From a virus: a stretch of 64,000 nt of DNA. The notes beneath the pieces are model-generated. The model did no database searches. It was not told the DNA's origin and worked only from the letters and a program-made list of their open reading frames with translations. Shown in pieces: positions 27,128 to 36,738 of the stretch. The stretch is from the IMG/VR virus record IMGVR_UViG_3300017783_000001. One strand, written 5' to 3'. Positions within the stretch are counted from its first letter, which is position 1; every line of letters begins with the position of its first letter. Made by a program: the position numbers and the translations under genes.

Positions 27128-27436
27128 TTAATCTTTCGGTAATATTTTATGTTTTTGTAATACTTGTCTCGTCTTTATTTCTTTGATAGACCTTTTGCCG
27201 TGTTCGGCTGAGAAGTTGGTACCAGGATTTCTTTCTGCAATCTTTGATTGAAGTTCTTTCCATCCACTATCGTTTTTAAGTCTACTACTATATCCTGTTC
27301 CACTAATGATATTTATAGAAGTGACCATCTGCTGAATATGTTTATTCTTCTTTAGGTACTTCTCTTTTTCAGAAATACCCATTAATTCAGTAAATTCTTC
27401 ACCTGTTTTTGTGTTTTTAAACGAATATGTTGGCAT
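27128..27436 (-). CDS. FmdB-like protein lacking the Cys ligands
   Basis: MPTYSFKNTKTGEEF N-terminus typical of T4-like FmdB-type proteins. Confidence 0.7.
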   Translation of the reverse strand: MPTYSFKNTKTGEEFTELMGISEKEKYLKKNKHIQQMVTSINIISGTGYSSRLKNDSGWKELQSKIAERNPGTNFSAEHGKRSIKEIKTRQVLQKHKILPKD

Positions 27437-27442
27437 TATGTT

Positions 27443-27829
27443 CTACTTCAATGTCAAGTGAAATTGTACTTGTGATACTGCTTCTGCCATATCTTCAAGT
27501 ATAGAAAGTAAATCTTCGTACTGGTTTAATTCATTCTTTTGCGATAAGTCATAAGACGCTTTCGCTAAATCTTGTCCGTATTGTACGATTTCAGATACCG
27601 TATGGTCACACGATTGATAATTTTGTAATGTGTGTTGACCGCTTTCAATGTGTATTCTTGTATTTGCATTACCTTGGTATGTTTCTACAAGTCTATCGTT
27701 TAGAGTATTTAATTTTGTATAGTATTCACCAAGTCCTTCGTGTTCACTATAACTTTTTGTTTGCCAATGGCTCAATTGTATATTATTTAAATGTACAATT
27801 GTTTTTCCTACTAATGTTTCTATCATCAT
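27443..27829 (-). CDS. Ferritin/Dps-like helical bundle protein
   Basis: HWQT.SYSEH..LGEYY......DRLVETYQG; late promoter at 27852-27859. Confidence 0.75.
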   Translation of the reverse strand: MMIETLVGKTIVHLNNIQLSHWQTKSYSEHEGLGEYYTKLNTLNDRLVETYQGNANTRIHIESGQHTLQNYQSCDHTVSEIVQYGQDLAKASYDLSQKNELNQYEDLLSILEDMAEAVSQVQFHLTLK

Positions 27830-27843
27830 AATTGTTCCTTATT

Positions 27844-28062
27844 CTATTTTTTATTTATAATATCTTTATGATATTGTGTTAAAGCGTTATCTTCATCTGT
27901 TGCTTTCTTTGGTTTGTATGTCGCAACAAGAAAGGCTATAAAGAAACCTACAATCGTAACCGTCATACCGATTACAAAAAAGAGTAAACCATACTCAACT
28001 TGCATTAGCAACTCCTTCTGTAAACCATTCAGGTGCTTTACCAGGATGTGACCATCTAGCAA
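27844..28062 (-). CDS. Small single-TM protein
   Basis: TM helix; likely start at MQVEY. Confidence 0.5.
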   Translation of the reverse strand: MLDGHILVKHLNGLQKELLMQVEYGLLFFVIGMTVTIVGFFIAFLVATYKPKKATDEDNALTQYHKDIINKK

Positions 28063-28585
28063 AGTCTACTTTTTTCATAATATAATATTTACGGTAACTT
28101 GCAACTACATCAATAACACCTTCATTGAAGACTTTACATTCTTCAGGCATAGCAGGTGTTGGTAGTGTTGCAATTTTGTTTAGTGTTGCATTAAGAGGTG
28201 GTTCTTTTAGAATATCACCTAGCAACTGAAAAGACTTATGACCTAATGGTTTGTTTTTAGGAAATCTTTCCATAAATTCTTCGTTCAATGCTTTGAAGTG
28301 TCTGTACAACCAAGTATAATTGTAAGCAGATTCCATTACCCATTTAGTACTAGGGTGACCTAACCAACCTGCCTTGTAGATAATTGCCTCTTCGTTAGAA
28401 TTAGGTAGTCGCCATCTTTTGATGTCTCTACCGTTCTTTGTTTTTGCAATATACAATTCACCGTCTGCAACTCTTTTTGCTGTACATAGCATTTGAGCGC
28501 TTTCTAGTATCATCTTTACAATATGTTTATCACAACTCATCTTGGCTGCAATTACAGGGTCTTTATCTAATACAAATATATTCAC
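27995..28585 (-). CDS. Pyrimidine dimer DNA glycosylase-family protein
   Basis: MNIFVLD.DP..AA...CDKHIVKMILESAQML, HPS..W, AMP, YRKYY. Confidence 0.85.
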   Translation of the reverse strand: MNIFVLDKDPVIAAKMSCDKHIVKMILESAQMLCTAKRVADGELYIAKTKNGRDIKRWRLPNSNEEAIIYKAGWLGHPSTKWVMESAYNYTWLYRHFKALNEEFMERFPKNKPLGHKSFQLLGDILKEPPLNATLNKIATLPTPAMPEECKVFNEGVIDVVASYRKYYIMKKVDFARWSHPGKAPEWFTEGVANAS

Positions 28586-28725
28586 TAGTTAACCTTTCCG
28601 AATTTAATACACAATTGTTTCCAGACGCCAGTCCAGAACATAGTTGCCCATTTATTGGTAGCATTGTTCATCATTTTAGCTGCATTTGCGACAAGTTCTT
28701 CTTGTCTCTTTTTTGTGTAAATCAT
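28585..28725 (-). CDS. Small protein, probably leaderless (46 aa)
   Basis: Not in track. MIYTKKRQEELVANAAKMMNNATNKWATMFWTGVWKQLCIKFGKVN; promoter at 28732-28760. Confidence 0.65.
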   Translation of the reverse strand: MIYTKKRQEELVANAAKMMNNATNKWATMFWTGVWKQLCIKFGKVN

Positions 28726-28743
28726 AGTCATATTATATCACTC

Positions 28744-29811
28744 CTAGTTATCTTTGTCAAGCATTGATTTCACTAATGTTTTGTCGTTTTTTGAAGGCAT
28801 TTCCTTTACTTCGGTAGCATTCCAGTCTAATACTTGGTCCATTTTAATACGAATCTCATCAGGATCCAGACCCATTTCTCTTAATTCTTTATGACCTAGT
28901 ATCTTAAAAAACTTCTCATAGTCTTCATTTGATAATTGTTTACCTGCTAACTTCGTAAAGAAGTCTTTATAGTTGTCAATCTGTTTCTTTGCTTCTTTAT
29001 GTTTAGCATTCTCTTTTGCAAGTTTCAAATCAAGTTGTCTCAATGATATGTCTTTTTTCTTCTTTCTACCTGAAGACCATTGTGCTAGAGATATGTTGGC
29101 TGCAATCAATAGTAATACTGCAAGAGGGTCAAATACAAATATCAATACAATGATTACCCACCTTACGGCTTCATCAAAGTGGTCTTTTGCATTGTCTCCA
29201 TATATCAGTTCAGCAATATATTTTAGAGGACCTACTTCTGCTTCTATTTTTGATTGTTCTAATTCAAATGTATTCTTCTCTAACATATATTTGTCTATGT
29301 TAGTCATCGCTGTATCTATTGTAAGTTTAAGTTCGTTTCTTTCTTCTTCTTGTTTTCTTCGTTCTCTTAAACCTCTTGTCGCATAGTCATTCTTTAGATA
29401 TACTTCAATAGATTTATCTAACTGCAATAAGGTATTTTCTGCTCGTTCTATTATTCGTTCTTCTTGTAGTATTCGTTTATCAATCAATTCAACTTTCGCT
29501 GTATTAGATGAAGTAGGTACAACCTGGTCTAGGTGTGCCTTTGATAGATAACCGAATATACCCATAGAGGTAACAAACACTAACACAACTACAGAAGTTG
29601 TCAAGTAGTATTTAATTGTTATAGGTAAGTCTTTGTTCTTCCAGTTTTGATATAACCAAGAGGCGGTAACAAGTTTACCTACCTCTAACACACCACCCAT
29701 AATCATAATAGGTATCTTTGCACCACTAAAAATGGCTGCAAGTCCTAATATACTATACAAAGCAGCTACGCTTGATATACTAATCGCTGATAAAAATGCT
29801 AATATACCCAT
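28744..29811 (-). CDS. Multi-pass membrane protein with long coiled coil
   Basis: LEVGKLV, TSMGIFGYLSKAH, EVGPLKYIAE, IFVFDPLAVLLL. Confidence 0.8.
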   Translation of the reverse strand: MGILAFLSAISISSVAALYSILGLAAIFSGAKIPIMIMGGVLEVGKLVTASWLYQNWKNKDLPITIKYYLTTSVVVLVFVTSMGIFGYLSKAHLDQVVPTSSNTAKVELIDKRILQEERIIERAENTLLQLDKSIEVYLKNDYATRGLRERRKQEEERNELKLTIDTAMTNIDKYMLEKNTFELEQSKIEAEVGPLKYIAELIYGDNAKDHFDEAVRWVIIVLIFVFDPLAVLLLIAANISLAQWSSGRKKKKDISLRQLDLKLAKENAKHKEAKKQIDNYKDFFTKLAGKQLSNEDYEKFFKILGHKELREMGLDPDEIRIKMDQVLDWNATEVKEMPSKNDKTLVKSMLDKDN

Positions 29812-29812
29812 A

Positions 29813-30124
29813 TTACTTTCTCTTTACTATATATTCAAAGCCTTCTACATACTCTAACTTCTTTTGAAAGAATTGTAGGTCACTTCTGTTTAATGCTACT
29901 TGCATTTTCTTAAATATTTTATTTGATTGCCTACCAGGAAAACAACGCATTACATCTGCTGCCCAGAAACCTGTGAAGTAGACTTTTGCTTTACCTTTCT
30001 GCAATGTATCAAAAATTTTAAATGCTTTCTCAATCATATCTTTCAGATACGGATCCATATACGGTCTGTTATCTTCTTTGATATTATTATAACTTTCGTC
30101 TTCCCAATTGTTTGGTCGTGCCAT
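29813..30124 (-). CDS. Hypothetical protein
   Basis: 103 aa, translationally coupled in operon. Confidence 0.7.
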   Translation of the reverse strand: MARPNNWEDESYNNIKEDNRPYMDPYLKDMIEKAFKIFDTLQKGKAKVYFTGFWAADVMRCFPGRQSNKIFKKMQVALNRSDLQFFQKKLEYVEGFEYIVKRK

Positions 30125-30813
30125 TATTTACTCTCCTCTAATTTTCTCACTTTTTTAATAATACTGATTACACGAGCTGCATAATCAGGCGTTGTGCTAA
30201 ATTTATCCAATGTCTTAATTAACTCTATTGGATCCATTTCGCCGTCTTCTGCAAGTTGTTTTAGTCTCAACTTACGGAATTTCTCATAGGCTGGGTGTTC
30301 ATTCATCAACCTAACATATTCTTTTACACTTTCACACTTCGTAGCAAATATTCTTACACCCCAACCTTTCCACTTTGGCATACCTAATGGTAACATATGT
30401 GGATAGTCTTTGTTGAATACTCTAATACCAAATAGATTATTACCATCAACTGCAAATCTACTTGTACCCCAACCACTCTCTAAAGCAGCCTGTGCTGTTA
30501 TCATTTCGTATGGTACTCTAAACACATCTGGTTGTGAGAAGTTTAAGAAGTCAATACATTTATGAGTTGCCCTAACAAATTGTATATCATTTTTGTATGT
30601 AAATTCTGGTTCTCTTAAATCTAACTCTTTTAGTCGTTCTAGGTATTTTGTTTCGTATTCTTTTGCTAATTTGTTTGTAGAGTGTGTATTAGGATTAAAT
30701 GTACCTATTACATATGTTATTAAGAATAACATTGATACACCTAATACTCTTTTAATCCATAATTTAGTTATACGGATTTTCTCTTTGTAGTCTATTTTCA
30801 CTTTTCTCACCAT
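30124..30813 (-). CDS. Membrane-anchored GH73 glucosaminidase (Bax/FlgJ-like)
   Basis: AQAALESGWGTSRFA..GNNLFGI; N-terminal TM helix. Confidence 0.9.
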   Translation of the reverse strand: MVRKVKIDYKEKIRITKLWIKRVLGVSMLFLITYVIGTFNPNTHSTNKLAKEYETKYLERLKELDLREPEFTYKNDIQFVRATHKCIDFLNFSQPDVFRVPYEMITAQAALESGWGTSRFAVDGNNLFGIRVFNKDYPHMLPLGMPKWKGWGVRIFATKCESVKEYVRLMNEHPAYEKFRKLRLKQLAEDGEMDPIELIKTLDKFSTTPDYAARVISIIKKVRKLEESK

Positions 30814-30827
30814 AATGTTATATTAGT

Positions 30828-31253
30828 TTAAATCATATCTATGCCTGCTCTACTCATTGGTTTCTTAAATGAATAGAATAGAGCATTATGATTACCACTA
30901 TCTCCTGCGTTTCTCATTTGATACAAATGGACCATTTCGTGTGCCAATGTACTAATGAATTCTTTTTTATTCTTATACTTGTCTGCCATTTCTAAATGAA
31001 ACGATTGTGTACCTTTTCTTTTCCACTCCCATTGTGTAACCTGACCAAAACATTTTATCGGTCTCAAATCTCGTATCGTTATCTCATTAAACGGTGCAAG
31101 TTTGGCGTCAAAGACTGCCTCATTTATCCATTGAAAGACTTTCTTAATGTCTTTATAGGTAGTCTTGTATTGTCTAGTATGCTCATATTCTGCCTTTACT
31201 CTCTTCTTTAAAGTTGCATACCTAACTGATTTAGGTTTAGTTTCTTTCGGCAC
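30828..31253 (-). CDS. SprT-like zinc metalloprotease
   Basis: INEAVF, TLAHEMVHLYQ, downstream H...F. Confidence 0.85.
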   Translation of the reverse strand: MPKETKPKSVRYATLKKRVKAEYEHTRQYKTTYKDIKKVFQWINEAVFDAKLAPFNEITIRDLRPIKCFGQVTQWEWKRKGTQSFHLEMADKYKNKKEFISTLAHEMVHLYQMRNAGDSGNHNALFYSFKKPMSRAGIDMI

Positions 31254-31268
31254 TGGTGTTTGTTCTCC

Positions 31269-31430
31269 CTATCTTTTGATTTTTTCGTCTCTTTGTCTTT
31301 TTCTATCACTATACTCCATAATCAAAAATGATGTTATACCACCAAGTATAATCACCCATAGTTCAATCGGCGCCAAGGTCTTCATAAGAGAAACCAAGTC
31401 AGCCATTGAGTAAATTAAGTTTTCTAACAT
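31269..31430 (-). CDS. Small membrane protein (53 aa)
   Basis: Not in track. MLENLIYS...LWVIILGGITSFLI; AGGAG SD. Confidence 0.6.
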   Translation of the reverse strand: MLENLIYSMADLVSLMKTLAPIELWVIILGGITSFLIMEYSDRKRQRDEKIKR

Positions 31431-31431
31431 A

Positions 31432-31755
31432 CTACTCCTTTGTTTGACTTTCTTTGTACACTTTATCTATACCGTTAACTCTAATATCAGAAGCAATGCT
31501 CTCTAATATATTTGGTAAATGCTTCTGTAATACAAAAGTCATTTCTATTGCCATTGAGTGTGTTAATCTTTCAAGTTCAGACTTCAACACAGCACTATGG
31601 TCAATGTTACCGTTAACCGTTTCTTTTATGATGTGGGCACTAGTCGCCACAACATAGTCATCTGCCTTTGCTTTCTGCATAGTTAAGTGTAATGCTACAC
31701 CAGACAAATACAAAAATGCAAGTACATATACTATCGTTTTTATCAAGCTTTTCAT
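31432..31755 (-). CDS. Secreted hypothetical protein
   Basis: Signal peptide AKA/D; sigma70 promoter at 31787-31815. Confidence 0.7.
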   Translation of the reverse strand: MKSLIKTIVYVLAFLYLSGVALHLTMQKAKADDYVVATSAHIIKETVNGNIDHSAVLKSELERLTHSMAIEMTFVLQKHLPNILESIASDIRVNGIDKVYKESQTKE

Positions 31756-31887
31756 TATATACCTTTCTCAATCATTAATATTATTTATTCTATCACTTCC
31801 TAGGTACATTGTCAAGCAAAAAATGAGCTTATTTTGGGGAAATATGGGTATTTTTAGTATGGAAAATACCCTAAAACCGTTGTATTG

Positions 31888-32388
31888 TTATGCTTCTAGC
31901 TTAACAAAATCGTCATTCCACCCAAACGCTTCTTTTACAAGATTAGCCGTTAGACCTTTGTACATATTATTTAACTTCTTCTCTTTTACAGCAATAAGCA
32001 ATTCTGCTTCTGTTTGATGTAAACCTTCTAAAATTTGAATAAACAAAGTTTCTTTTTTTACTTTGGATAGATTTTGGTCTGCACCTTTTACGAAATGCCA
32101 AAGTCTCTTTGCTTCGGAATCAAGGAAAGTGTGTTCAGTACCTACAGGCGCTTCATTTGGAAGATATGGTGGGTTACCTTTTGGTAAGTCCCATTGTATT
32201 TTCGGGTCAAATGCACCTTTTAGTATTTGTCTCAAAGAGACACTATCATACTGGCGTAGGATTTCTGTCTTCTTTGCCTTGTCTTTTGCATTGTTAACTT
32301 TAGTTAGGATTTCGTGGTAAGTGAGAGCCATAGATGAAGAAGACATTGCTGCCATTTTCATACTTTGATTTATATTTTCATTTGCCAT
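31888..32388 (-). CDS. T4-like conserved hypothetical protein following rnh
   Basis: AFDP.I.W.LP.G.PPY, E.LFIQILEGLH..EAELL. Confidence 0.8.
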   Translation of the reverse strand: MANENINQSMKMAAMSSSSMALTYHEILTKVNNAKDKAKKTEILRQYDSVSLRQILKGAFDPKIQWDLPKGNPPYLPNEAPVGTEHTFLDSEAKRLWHFVKGADQNLSKVKKETLFIQILEGLHQTEAELLIAVKEKKLNNMYKGLTANLVKEAFGWNDDFVKLEA

Positions 32389-32414
32389 TTCATTTTCCTC
32401 TTAATATTGCAATA

Positions 32415-33278
32415 TTAAAAATCATTAATGTGTTCAATCAACGATTTCAGTTTATTATCTATAAAGTAAGGTAGTAGTTTGGACCTACTTGGTACTTCAT
32501 AGTCGTTATAGCTATTTATAATAGATTCTACCATAGCGTTAGGTATCTGGTCTAGGTCTATCAACTTCTTATTCCTATTGTAATATTTCTTTGTTTCTGA
32601 ACCTAGTGGTATATCGTCAATCTGCGACCACTCTTCTAGTTTCTTCTTTGTAATAGGACTTTGTTTTGTCTTTGTAATAAAGACATCATCTGCTGATAGG
32701 ATATTAGGTATTCCGTCTGACCTATCGCCTTTGATAATCTGTTCGTGTAAGTATCTAGTTGGATTATCTTCAACAACCATATGTTTCTGTATTGGACTAT
32801 ATTGACTTACATTACTATACTTCTGTAATTGTTTGAAGTCTTTATCGCCTGATATAATTAGATACTTGTCTTCTGTCTGCATTTTAACAATGGTAGCGAT
32901 AATATCATCTGCTTCTGCATTGTCAATAGCGATTACTTTGTAAGGAAAGTTCTCTTTTAATTCTTCTTTGATTTCCCATATGAGATTAAATAGGTTATCC
33001 CAATCGTTTGTACTCTCTTCTCTACTTGTCTTACGACTTGCTTTGTATTGAGGAAAGAAGTCTCGTCTCCAAGGATTACCACTATCACAAGCAAGTACTA
33101 AATCTTTTCCGTATTCACTACTAAACTTTCTAATGTATCCTTTAATTGAATTACATACCATATATCTAACCATTTCTTTGTTGGCAATACCTTGTTGATT
33201 GCCTTTCTGGTAAGATACTCTACTCATTTGTGCCATCAGATTACTAATAAGCACTTGGTGTAAATCAACTATAATCAT
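32415..33278 (-). CDS. rnh: T4-type RNase H / 5'-3' exonuclease
   Basis: WRRDFFPQYKASR, EADDIIA, ISGDKDF.QL, GDRSDGIPNILS. Confidence 0.95.
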   Translation of the reverse strand: MIIVDLHQVLISNLMAQMSRVSYQKGNQQGIANKEMVRYMVCNSIKGYIRKFSSEYGKDLVLACDSGNPWRRDFFPQYKASRKTSREESTNDWDNLFNLIWEIKEELKENFPYKVIAIDNAEADDIIATIVKMQTEDKYLIISGDKDFKQLQKYSNVSQYSPIQKHMVVEDNPTRYLHEQIIKGDRSDGIPNILSADDVFITKTKQSPITKKKLEEWSQIDDIPLGSETKKYYNRNKKLIDLDQIPNAMVESIINSYNDYEVPSRSKLLPYFIDNKLKSLIEHINDF

Positions 33279-33544
33279 TATGCACTTCTTCTACTTGCTT
33301 CTAATTTTGCTTTTGCAGCTGCTCTCTTCTTTTCTATTTTAAGAGCTTGTCTTACTTTTCTACCAATAGGTATCATAATACTATGACACATTTCTTTACC
33401 TTTTTTACTGATATATTCAACACTTATCATTCTGTCTTTGAAGTCGTTTTGAACAGACATAGTTGCCTTCTTCAAACTCATTGCTTCTTTTTCTTTTTCG
33501 TCACCTGCTTCATTCCAAAACTTAAATATTCTCATTTTTGCCAT
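33278..33544 (-). CDS. Small basic protein
   Basis: 88 aa, coupled to rnh. Confidence 0.7.
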   Translation of the reverse strand: MAKMRIFKFWNEAGDEKEKEAMSLKKATMSVQNDFKDRMISVEYISKKGKEMCHSIMIPIGRKVRQALKIEKKRAAAKAKLEASRRSA

Positions 33545-33748
33545 TTATATATCCGTCCTTACTATATGTTTTCTCAATTCTTTTACAAAAAATTCTACCT
33601 TGTCAATGTATTCAATTAATGTTTTATCTGTTATGTAATGCTGTTTCTCTTTTAGTTTATCATATTCTTTTAATGGTATCTGCACCATAGGACTAGGTGC
33701 TGGTACTTCATTCTCAAAAGATTTGTCAACTGAATTATCGTCTGTCAT
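33545..33748 (-). CDS. Hypothetical protein
   Basis: 67 aa, AAGGA SD. Confidence 0.7.
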   Translation of the reverse strand: MTDDNSVDKSFENEVPAPSPMVQIPLKEYDKLKEKQHYITDKTLIEYIDKVEFFVKELRKHIVRTDI

Positions 33749-33769
33749 ATATTCCTTTTTAAGTTAAAA

Positions 33770-33852
33770 TGTGGAGGCGAGTTCCACTCTCGCTTTCCTC
33801 GCCTCACACAACTCTATGTAAGCATCCCGCTAGGTAATCTTACTATTGAGTT
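33770..33852 (-). ncRNA. Structured intergenic RNA element (two hairpins)
   Basis: AACUC..GUAAG/CUUAC..GAGUU, then GAGGCGAG-GAAA-GC-GAGA-GU-GGAA-CUCGCCUC. Confidence 0.5.
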
Positions 33853-33854
33853 CA

Positions 33855-34157
33855 TTATGCTGTGTAAGCGACTTGTTTGCCGAATACAGCATTGATACCA
33901 GCAGCGATTACTGCTTTTGATGGTGTACCAACTCTATATGAAACGCCTTTAGATGACCTATTTTCATAAATCATTAAACCTTCGTTTCTTAATTTACCAA
34001 CCATTGCAGCCGGTGATTTAAGGTCGTATGTGTTTCTCAATTGTTTCCAAGAAACATCTGAACCTTTGTTGAAAAGATTTCTAATCTTTTCTGTTTTTGA
34101 TAGCTTAGTTCTAGCCATAGTTTTATCTCCTTTAGATAATTTAAAAATGTTAAACAT
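33855..34157 (-). CDS. Small winged-helix DNA-binding protein with two possible starts
   Basis: LSKTEKIRNL...VGKLRNEG..IY.N......YRVGTPS; SD-led ATGs at 34157 and 34118; promoter at 34267-34295. Confidence 0.75.
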   Translation of the reverse strand: MFNIFKLSKGDKTMARTKLSKTEKIRNLFNKGSDVSWKQLRNTYDLKSPAAMVGKLRNEGLMIYENRSSKGVSYRVGTPSKAVIAAGINAVFGKQVAYTA

Positions 34158-34307
34158 AATTGTTTAACCTCCTTTTCAAGTTTGATTTTAATGTCTTGTC
34201 TGACAACTTGCTATGGTCTATCGCATTATAATGGTATTCCATAGACAAATTCCTTATTAAGTACTCATTATACACTAACTCGTATAGCTTGTCAAGCACT
34301 AAATTCA

Positions 34308-34901
34308 TTACTTCTGTGGTCCTTCAGGATCCGGGTCTGGAAAATCGCCGTGTAAATCGTCATCATCTTCCGGTCCTTCTTGTCCTGGGTAATCTGGTGT
34401 AAAATCAAAATTTTCTGTAAACTGGAACATACCATTGTTCCTATCGTTTAGTTCATCTGATACATCTTTGTTTAGAGGTCTGGTAGTCATTGTTATCTCA
34501 TCTGACATATTCGCATATTCAATACGAGCAGTAACCACACCTTTCTTATTCATCTTCAATTTAACAGCATAGTCTACTACCTTTTGAATAGGGTGTGCTA
34601 TATTAAATTGTCTGTACAAGAGACCTCGTACAGCGTCCATTGACATTGCAAGGTCTTTTGTAAATACATCTTGTTTAGTATCTAATCCCATTTGTACAAA
34701 TCTTCTTATCAAATCTAATCCGATTTCATCTGTCGCTGTTTCTACAAACTTTGCAGCTTGATAGTCTCGCATTTTCTCTTGTGCCTTTGGGTCAACATCA
34801 ACACGCTTCTTTGCCATCTTATTTTCTGGAAATAAAATTACATTCTCATAATCATTCTTTTTATCATCACTCACTAATCTTATTCCCTTTGAAGTCAACA
34901 A
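34308..34901 (-). CDS. Hypothetical protein with acidic tail
   Basis: ENVILFP, RGLLYRQ....HPIQ. Confidence 0.7.
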   Translation of the reverse strand: MLTSKGIRLVSDDKKNDYENVILFPENKMAKKRVDVDPKAQEKMRDYQAAKFVETATDEIGLDLIRRFVQMGLDTKQDVFTKDLAMSMDAVRGLLYRQFNIAHPIQKVVDYAVKLKMNKKGVVTARIEYANMSDEITMTTRPLNKDVSDELNDRNNGMFQFTENFDFTPDYPGQEGPEDDDDLHGDFPDPDPEGPQK

Positions 34902-35175
34902 GTCCTTGCTTGTTATAATGTTCTATCAACTGATTATAACCGCCAACTAACTCGTCATTGATTTTAATTTGAGGCATTGACCTAACATTTTTACCTATGT
35001 CTTTTATCATTGCCTCAGGACTTTCAAACTCTTTCAAGTTTTTTTCTTCATATTTGAAACCAAGGCCTTTAATTAAGGCCTTAGCTTTAACACAAAATGG
35101 ACAATTGTCTTTTGTGTAGACAACTATACTATTCGCTTTTGCCATCTTTTTTTGCCTTTGCTGTGTCTTCAACAC
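34867..35175 (-). CDS. nrdC: Glutaredoxin
   Basis: CPFC, SMPQI, VGGY; likely start MAKANS. Confidence 0.9.
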   Translation of the reverse strand: MLKTQQRQKKMAKANSIVVYTKDNCPFCVKAKALIKGLGFKYEEKNLKEFESPEAMIKDIGKNVRSMPQIKINDELVGGYNQLIEHYNKQGLVDFKGNKISE

Positions 35176-35779
35176 TTTTGAAGGCTTCAGCAGCTTTTAG
35201 TTTAAGTTTATGACTATCAACAATTTCTGCAATTGTGTAATCGTACATTTTATTAAACTCACCAAGTGGTAGTCTTAAACCTATCCACGCTCTATAGTAA
35301 CCGTTCTTTGTTCTAGTTACCTCTTGTGCAAAGATTTCATATCCTCTCACTGGTGTATTCGCAATGACATTTACCATCGCTGTTTCTACTTCTGTAACCA
35401 CGGTCTTAACATTTGTTTTACCTATTTCGGTTACAAAGATTTTCGCCTTCTTGTTCATTTCACCTGCAACAATATCAGCCATTTCTGCTTTCGCAATCAA
35501 CTTCGCTTTCTCAATCGCAAGTTCTAATGATGGTGATACACTAGTACCAACTCCGAAGATACAAGTCTTCTCATCATCATCTGTTTTGACAATGCCATTG
35601 TTTGCCCACATAGATATGTCGCAATGTTTAGCATTATCAAAGTCCGCCATATACCAAGACGGCACTTCGTTAACTAACTTGTCTGTCTCTTGCTTAATTT
35701 TATAAGTCTTTGACGAACAAGCATTTAGGCCAATTATTAGAACGCCTAAAAGTCCTATCTTCATTATGTTTTTATACAT
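35129..35779 (-). CDS. LPP20-like lipoprotein
   Basis: Lipobox LNAC; VPSWY, GVGTS.S..LELAIEKA...AKAEMA; promoter at 35802-35830. Confidence 0.78.
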   Translation of the reverse strand: MYKNIMKIGLLGVLIIGLNACSSKTYKIKQETDKLVNEVPSWYMADFDNAKHCDISMWANNGIVKTDDDEKTCIFGVGTSVSPSLELAIEKAKLIAKAEMADIVAGEMNKKAKIFVTEIGKTNVKTVVTEVETAMVNVIANTPVRGYEIFAQEVTRTKNGYYRAWIGLRLPLGEFNKMYDYTIAEIVDSHKLKLKAAEAFKSVEDTAKAKKDGKSE

Positions 35780-35926
35780 TGTTTTTCACACTCCTAACTA
35801 CATTATATAACATTTCACTCAACTTGTCAATAAGCTGGTTTTCCTCAACATATGCAACAACATCCGTTGTAGACATACCTGTTATTAACATAAAAAGGAG
35901 GCCTAATATGATTATATTTTTAATCA

Positions 35927-36511
35927 TTATCTTCTCTCCCAATTACCCTCATTTGTTAAACACGCTCTTCCGAAGGATTTGAAGGCGTGTGAAGGTTGAG
36001 AATACAACCTACAATATTCTGGAGCATTCATATCTTTATAATAGAAAGCTGCAAATAGTTCCCAATAACCAGGTTTCTTTGCTTTCTCTAACTCTATCAT
36101 TTTCTCCAGTTCTTTAATTCTTTCTTTGTCTGTTCTACCGTGTTCAGTATCAGCACATTCCATAATTTCTTCTTTTACAATAGTCTTATCGTCTAATTCT
36201 CTTATAACAATCTTAATGAAACACCATTGACCGTCTCTTTCAAATCTATCTAAAACTTTTGAAGAAAGTATACCATTGTCTTCATTGTGTTTCCATTCTT
36301 TTAATTTCTGTTCTACCTTTTCGTGTGTATCAGATATATATACTTTGTCTACAGGAGCACTATTTACTTGGCTCTCTTCTTTGTAAGTAATAGGTTTAGG
36401 TAAGATTTCTTTAACAAACAAATCTTCATCTACTGCATATGCAATGTTTGTAAAAAATACAACTAATGCAATCATAGTCATATATAAAGTTATTCTCAAA
36501 GGTGTCATCAT
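35927..36511 (-). CDS. Secreted protein with 17-kDa-antigen-like C-terminus
   Basis: Signal peptide; YCR.Y...GRACL...G.W. Confidence 0.7.
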   Translation of the reverse strand: MMTPLRITLYMTMIALVVFFTNIAYAVDEDLFVKEILPKPITYKEESQVNSAPVDKVYISDTHEKVEQKLKEWKHNEDNGILSSKVLDRFERDGQWCFIKIVIRELDDKTIVKEEIMECADTEHGRTDKERIKELEKMIELEKAKKPGYWELFAAFYYKDMNAPEYCRLYSQPSHAFKSFGRACLTNEGNWERR

Positions 36512-36738
36512 TTTATACTCTTTCTCATTTCTGTTTGATTGTTTACAAATACTCTAATAAGCCTTGATACATCTACTTCGTATGGTTTAAAACTTTTAGG
36601 GTCTGTAAATTTGACTTTCAAATCATTAACAGGTCTTATTATTGTTCCGTGTTCATCAACAACAACGGCGTCATCTGTATTTTTTCTCCAGTCGTGTGAA
36701 GAATAAACTTGCTTTGCCATTATCGTTTCTCCACCCAT
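36508..36738 (-). CDS. Hypothetical protein
   Basis: Likely start MAKQVY after GGAG. Confidence 0.65.
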   Translation of the reverse strand: MGGETIMAKQVYSSHDWRKNTDDAVVVDEHGTIIRPVNDLKVKFTDPKSFKPYEVDVSRLIRVFVNNQTEMRKSIK

